Part shown: one piece after another, positions 58,308 through 64,000 of the stretch
Layout: each line of letters opens with the position of its first letter
Numbering within the stretch: position 1 is the first letter of the stretch
Source of the DNA: Azolla caroliniana
Lineage: Eukaryota > Plantae > Polypodiophyta
Assembly (NCBI GenBank): GCA_043228905.1
Contig: JBHGNT010000010.1
Location: forward strand, 17,484,001-17,548,000
DNA: 64,000 nucleotides
Direction of reading: 5' to 3'
Made by a program: the position numbers and the translations under genes
The notes under the pieces: model-generated
What the model was told of the DNA's origin: nothing
The model's database searches: none
Seen by the model: the letters and a program-made list of their open reading frames with translations, nothing else

Positions 58308-61300
58308 TTACCTGCGTAGAACTTGCTGTAACTTTAATCTGTATTTGATAAAATTGTCTATTATGTTGGTTATATCTCTTTTATTAGAATCAGAGCACAT
58401 TCCAGCAGCATAAGCATTAAGTCTGGTGATAAAATGTGATTGTGAGAGTTCTTCTGTAGCCGCATTCCCAAGCAGTTGCATTAACTCAGTTTTCCGTCTT
58501 AGTTCGAATTTCTGTAACATATCCTAAAATCTTAGTTTGCGATGTTATAAATAATGGCACATCAGCATCTGTGGAGTACCTTACATTTACAAACAATGTA
58601 TTCTCCTAGTTTTTCCCAATTATCATACACCCAATTTCCCAATCAGTAGTGTAATGAGTAAATAATAGGATTCTAGTTCTCCTAGGTAGTGATGTCTATT
58701 TTCCCAAGTAGTCATGTAATTAGTAAAACAAAATAGGAATTCTGGTTCTCCTAGTTACTGCATGCCCATTTTCTAATTATAAACATAAAAAAGAAATAAA
58801 TCTTCTGATTTGACCAATCAGCATCAATGTCCAGTTTCTAATCAGAAGCATAATTAGCAAATTAAGCTTCTGATTTGACCAATGAAGACAGTGGCTGAGC
58901 ATACATAAATGAAATTCTGTAATAAGCCAGTATTTTTTCCGTAATTTCTCAAGCATATATTTGTATATTTTTGGTAAAGAAATTACCTGATGCTCAGGCT
59001 CTGCGGGGAAGAATGCACCAGCAGGCTCAATTCCCGTGGTCAAACTCCCCCCTTCTAACTTGGCTTCTTCTCGCACCTTGCTTAGCAAAGCAAGATTTTC
59101 TTGTTCTGGCCCTTGGAAAAAAATCACAGATCTATACCAAAGGAAAATATTCTTGTTACTAAAAGTAACAGTGAATGACATAATCAATCTATTTATATTA
59201 TATTATATAAAGCCATACCGGTATTGATCACCCACATCTGGACCCTGCCCAAATACTTGTGTAGGATCATGACTTGACCAGAACACATCCAAAAGCTGTT
59301 CATAAGTTACTGCTGCCGGATTGAATTCTATCTACATGAAACATGGTAGAATATCACAATCCATCCAAATTTATAATCATTGCAATGGCAGTTACGTATT
59401 ATGCTTTATCCTCGTCAATTACATATTAGATAAAAAGAGATAAACAAGACATGATGAAAGAACACATCAAAGAAACTGCATGTTTCCAAAGGGTTGAATT
59501 TTGATCATTGTGTGAAGTTTGGAATGCCATAGTACATGATTCTTAAAGCTGTAAACAAGATATTTTACTACTGTCAAAGTGATTATGATTAATTAATATT
59601 TCCTAAATTATTATTTTTCCTTTTTCTATGATTATCCATTTCCAGGCATCAAGTATTGCTTCATCTTTGGTTAAATCATCTTGATTATAAGTTGTAAAGT
59701 TATGATCACCATCTTAGATTTCCACAGTGATTGCAAACGACACTAAATATTTAAATAGGAGAAAAGATCATGCTTTCAACTAAAGTTTCATTTCTGAATG
59801 CAACAGACAAGGAATACTAACAGAATATAAGTACAATTTACACAGTCAACTACCTTAAGACTAACGTCCTTAATATCTTCCTTCTATATGAAAACTATTT
59901 GTATATTGCACTTGTAAAACTTTAGGACTATGGCAATAGCGCTGCTCACATTGTGATAAACAAAGTTCCATGAACATTACCCTGACTTCATTTCTTTGCT
60001 CCCAACTTATATCACATCATCCTCTGTTCCTTAATCTTTTGCTTCCAGTTTTATAAGTATTATTTGAGGTTGAAATACCATGGTTATGTAGAAAATGCAG
60101 GGATCTTAGATTAACTCTCACACAGCAAGATCACTTAGAAGACTTTAAGGAAATATCAATAGATTAGGAGAAACGACCTCTGATTACAAAGATGTAGAAT
60201 GGTTTATATAACCAGTATCTAGGTGGAACCCAACGGTCACTTAATTAGGTTCAGGCTATTCTAACTATATTCACACTTAACAGTTACTTAACTAGGTTCA
60301 TACTATTCTAAGTATGTTAACACCCAACAGTTACTTAACTAGGTTCACACTATTATAATTATGTTCACACCAACGCTTTCATAGGATACACATTAATTGT
60401 AACAGGTTATTTCTTCAACTTTAGAGGCAATCAATATTATTGCTTCAATATTGGAGGATGGACTAAAAGTCTCGTGGAATGAACAAAGTCTCATGTGTAT
60501 CAAGGTTAAAAATACCAAAAGAGCTTGAAAGGAAGAAGCTATGGTTCTCTATGTACTTTCCAAAGAGATAATTGTCTGGAAACTTTCAATATAAGAAAAT
60601 GTGAATTCAATTTGGTAATAGACTCTAGTGTAATGTCACATAAAAAACACACTATAGGGAATTGCTTAGCATGTATTATCGTAAGTAGTATAAGGAATTT
60701 TCTGAGCCAAACCCTTATATCCTGATTTATATTATACACCAAATGATGTAGTTTTTCTGATACATCCCATCTCAGAGGCTATGAGCAAACCTTGATTTCT
60801 CTAATTTCTCTGTAGAGAAATGGTAGTATGAAGAAGGTGTCCAAGCCTAGAAAAAACGAAGAAAAAAACTATTTTCTACATTTATGTCAAGAAACACAAT
60901 GTAAAGAAGGACATACCTACAACATCACGAGAAAACGGATCATACATGAAAATGTTCAAACAATTGGAAAGAGATACGAGAAAGACATAAGTAAGCATAA
61001 CAACAATAAAAAGAAAATTCTGATTTTCTACACTAAACTTTTCACGCAAATTGAGAGGGGGCAAAGAAAAAATCACCCTTTAACTCAAAAATATTCCAAT
61101 GAAACAATAGAGAGCGGGAAAAATAAAGGAAGAAAAAGAAGTATGTGGAAACAATGTCATGGAGAAACTTGATCTTTCATGTCAAATCAACAAATAGTTA
61201 GGGCTAGAAATGGAAGTGGATTGCAGAGAAATATCATATATTAACAAATATCGATTTTCCACGTTAATCTTCAAATTAAATCAATAGAAAGAGAAAGAGA

Positions 61301-61846
61301 AAAAATGAATATTACTCAATGGTACCATGAAAATACCTGATTCTCAACAATAAAATCTTCAAAGAAAAAAAAAAGACAGATAGAGAGACAGAGAAAAAGT
61401 GGAGATATAGCAACAATTCCGTGAAAGGATCTGACAAATTTTTAGATGAATCAAGATAAATGGAGTTGGACGAAAAGATGGGAAGGAGAAAGAGCGAAAC
61501 TAACCTGGACAGCTTCTGCGTGATCACCGATATTGCGATACTCAGGGTTAGGTTTGGATCCGCCTGTGTATCCTGCGGTGGTTCTGAGGACGCCACGGAT
61601 GCACCCGAACACAGCTTCCGCCTGCCAGAAGCTTCCCAGGGCAAAAATGGCGGTCTCCGACTCCTTCCGAGAAGAAGGAGAATAAGTGGTGGTAGCAATG
61701 GAGGAGGAGAGATCGGTAACGCGAATGCCTTCTGCTGCCTGTATGGGTATGAAGGAAGCGACGAAGAAGAGGAAGAAGAGAGGAAGAAGAAGAAGAAGAA
61801 GCAGAAGCAGACGATGAAGGAGGGGAGAGGGGATCGCAGATCCCAT
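58308..61846 (-). CDS. MSRA5: Peptide methionine sulfoxide reductase A5-like, 4 exons, N-terminal signal peptide
   Basis: Exons 61846-61505, 59331-59219, 59131-58987, 58511-58308: [70 protein letters not shown]. The last codons (AGG TAA) could alternatively be a splice donor. Confidence 0.92.
60228..60375. repeat. Tandem repeat ~3 x 47 bp in MSRA5 intron 1
   Basis: aacagttacttaactaggttca..ctattctaa.tatgtt.aca repeated. Confidence 0.8.
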
Positions 61847-62060
61847 GTCTGTCTGTTTCCTGTTCTTCTTCGTTCGCACAGTCCGCTCTCTCTCTCTCTC
61901 TCAGGCCTTCTGTATGTATGTATATGTATATGTATATGTATATAATATACGTATACGTATATATACGTATATATTCGTATGTTAAATGTATACATATTCA
62001 TATACATACACGTATTGTTACACAAAGTGTGTGTATTTGTCGCCGTATTGTAAAGAGTAG

Positions 62061-62653
62061 CAATAGGCCCAGTTTCAGCTCGAACCGAACCGTTAAGCCA
62101 TGATTTAAAAGTTTATAAGTTCCAAAATAATTAAATGGTTTTGTTTCGTTTCGTTTTAATTCTTCATAAACGGTTCGGTTTGATTCTGAAACTGGGGTTT
62201 ATCGGTTTAAGTGGTTTGGTTTAAAGGTTTATAGGTTTTCGGGCTACCTTTTTTTATCCTTTAAATGTTTATGTAATTTAATGGTTTAGTTCATGTTTTT
62301 TATTGATTTAATTCACTTAACTTAAATGTTTATCTAATCTAATGGCTTAATTAATGCTTATTTATTTAATTACATAATTTAACATAAAGACTGATTTAAT
62401 TTAACGTATTTTTATTTATTTAATTTTTAATTAGTTTGGCTTAAATGTGGTTAGGTTTAAACTTTTTATTAAATGGCTCGGTTTGCTTTCAACTTTTCCC
62501 TAAATGTTTTTGGTTTACCTTTTCTTAAATGGTTTGGTTTAATGACTTGAAAGTTCAAAAACGGTTTGGTTTGGTTTTTGTTTTATATAAATGGTTTGGT
62601 TCAGTTCGGTTTGGTTTCAAGGCAAAGAAACCGAAACTGAACCGGGCCCATTG
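62061..62653. mobile_element. MITE-like element upstream of MSRA5
   Basis: Ends caataggcccagtttcag and ctgaaccgggcccattg are imperfect inverted repeats; many AACCG/CGGTT/TGGTT motifs; AT-rich core; gtag on both flanks. Confidence 0.7.
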
Positions 62654-62904
62654 GTAGCAAAGAGGAGAGAAGAGAAAAAGGAGGGGAATGTGTGTGGAGA
62701 GGGCCATTTCATATGAAATTCTCAACCTAGACAAAGCGAATGTGAAAATACATTACACAAAGGCATACAACCAAAGAGAGCCAAAGACAGATAGACCTCT
62801 TCATATGGCATTCTCGATATCGTCTTATCTTATCACACCCCTCTGCACCAACCTTCTTCGTAGCTATACTATTCCTTCCTCCGAGTCGAATCGGATGTGC
62901 TCAC

Positions 62905-63125
62905 TGTTTCCATTTCCTGACAATGGCTTTGAAATCTAAATCCAAATGGGTCACTATTCAATGGATATCCTCCCTAATTAGAACATTTTTTATTATTAAT
63001 TGAATACAAACCAAATGAGCCAGTTGTTTCCCTTCCCTATCAATGACTTTGAGATCTAAATCCAAAAGGGTCACCATTCAATGGATATCCTCCCATTAGA
63101 ACATTTTTTATTAATCAAATACAAA
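62905..63125. repeat. Tandem duplication, ~120-bp period
   Basis: tttga.atctaaatccaaa.gggtcac.attcaatggatatcctccc...agaacatttttta present twice. Confidence 0.85.
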
Positions 63126-63339
63126 AGAGTTTGATGGTCAACATAGAAAAGTGACTAGCTTAGTAGGTAGTGTTTGAACTTCTTAGTTCCATAAATCATA
63201 GCTAGCCTCAAGCTCCATTGTTGAGTGCTACCAGTCAACTTTGGATAACATGTTGTTGGTGTATTACATAATTACATCCTTAAATTGAAAAACTTTCACC
63301 CCACGAACACTCCTAAATAATGGATAACAATTGAAGAAC

Positions 63340-64000
63340 GTAGCGCATATCTATTAGTGACGCATCATTGTTATCCATGATGTCTAAAGAATTCAGAACC
63401 TAGTGATGGTGTTGCATATGTAGCGATGATCTTCTAGAAATTTCTAGACAACAATTGAAGGATATTCTAGAAGTTTTTCAATTCATAACCTAGTGTTGTT
63501 GATAGCCCTTAGTGCATATCTATGTGTGACGCATCATTGTTATCCATGTTGTCATTGTTGTCTAAAGAATCCAGAACCTAGTGACAGTGTGACCAATATG
63601 GTCTAAACATAAGCTTCCTTAAAGGACATCTACATGAGGTGTTGTATGATTGGGGAAATATCTAGATGTGCATTGGCACAACATCAAGATAGTTGGACAA
63701 CTAACATGTTTCTCACCTATGATTAGGAGCTTGATGTATCAAGTCATCTCGAATGCGAGCAACCAACATTATGTCAACCATATGAAATCCAATTGTGGGG
63801 TATCCTTATCACCACAGAGGTTTGACCCATTGATACAACTCCTAAGTGGTGGTCCAATCTGCATATCTTCCATCTCTAGTCACTAGAATTGGTAGTAACA
63901 CATGGACAACCAACATAAGCAATGCTCAATGTAGCACAATATTTGTTGCACATCGTCCATCTTAGTCACTAGAATTGGTAGTAACACATGGACAACCAAC
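63340..64000. repeat. Diverged local duplications
   Basis: gtgacgcatcattgttatccatg...gtctaaagaat.cagaacctagtga twice; tagtcactagaattggtagtaacacatggacaaccaac twice. Confidence 0.75.

Noticed and set aside
61312-62025. 237-aa and 161-aa ORFs over MSRA5 exon 1
   Set aside because: Alternate-frame or antisense readings inflated by microsatellites.

Overview
Plant nuclear DNA, probably from a non-seed plant such as a fern (inferred from gene and TE types, not proven). Three intron-containing host genes lie in AT-rich DNA: SPT5 (+, 5' end outside the window), a DRMY1-like single-MYB gene (+) and MSRA5 (-). Between them, at 22.5-50.8 kb, is a GC-rich nest of six LTR retrotransposons; three insertions are confirmed by paired target-site duplications. 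Copia A holds Copia B, which holds Gypsy C. A also holds Copia D, which holds intact Copia E and D's own relative F. The nest ends at a 100-N gap. The most unusual item is Gypsy C: near-identical 784-bp LTRs, a 4-bp TSD, a tRNA-Trp primer site, a D-H-G protease motif, and a candidate -1 ribosomal frameshift (GGAUUUU plus predicted H-type pseudoknot) located after the protease. Also present are MITE-like elements upstream of two genes, decayed LINE and Gypsy remnants, a mitochondrial LSU rRNA fragment inside a LINE remnant, and several tandem duplications. All calls are by eye; no searches were run.
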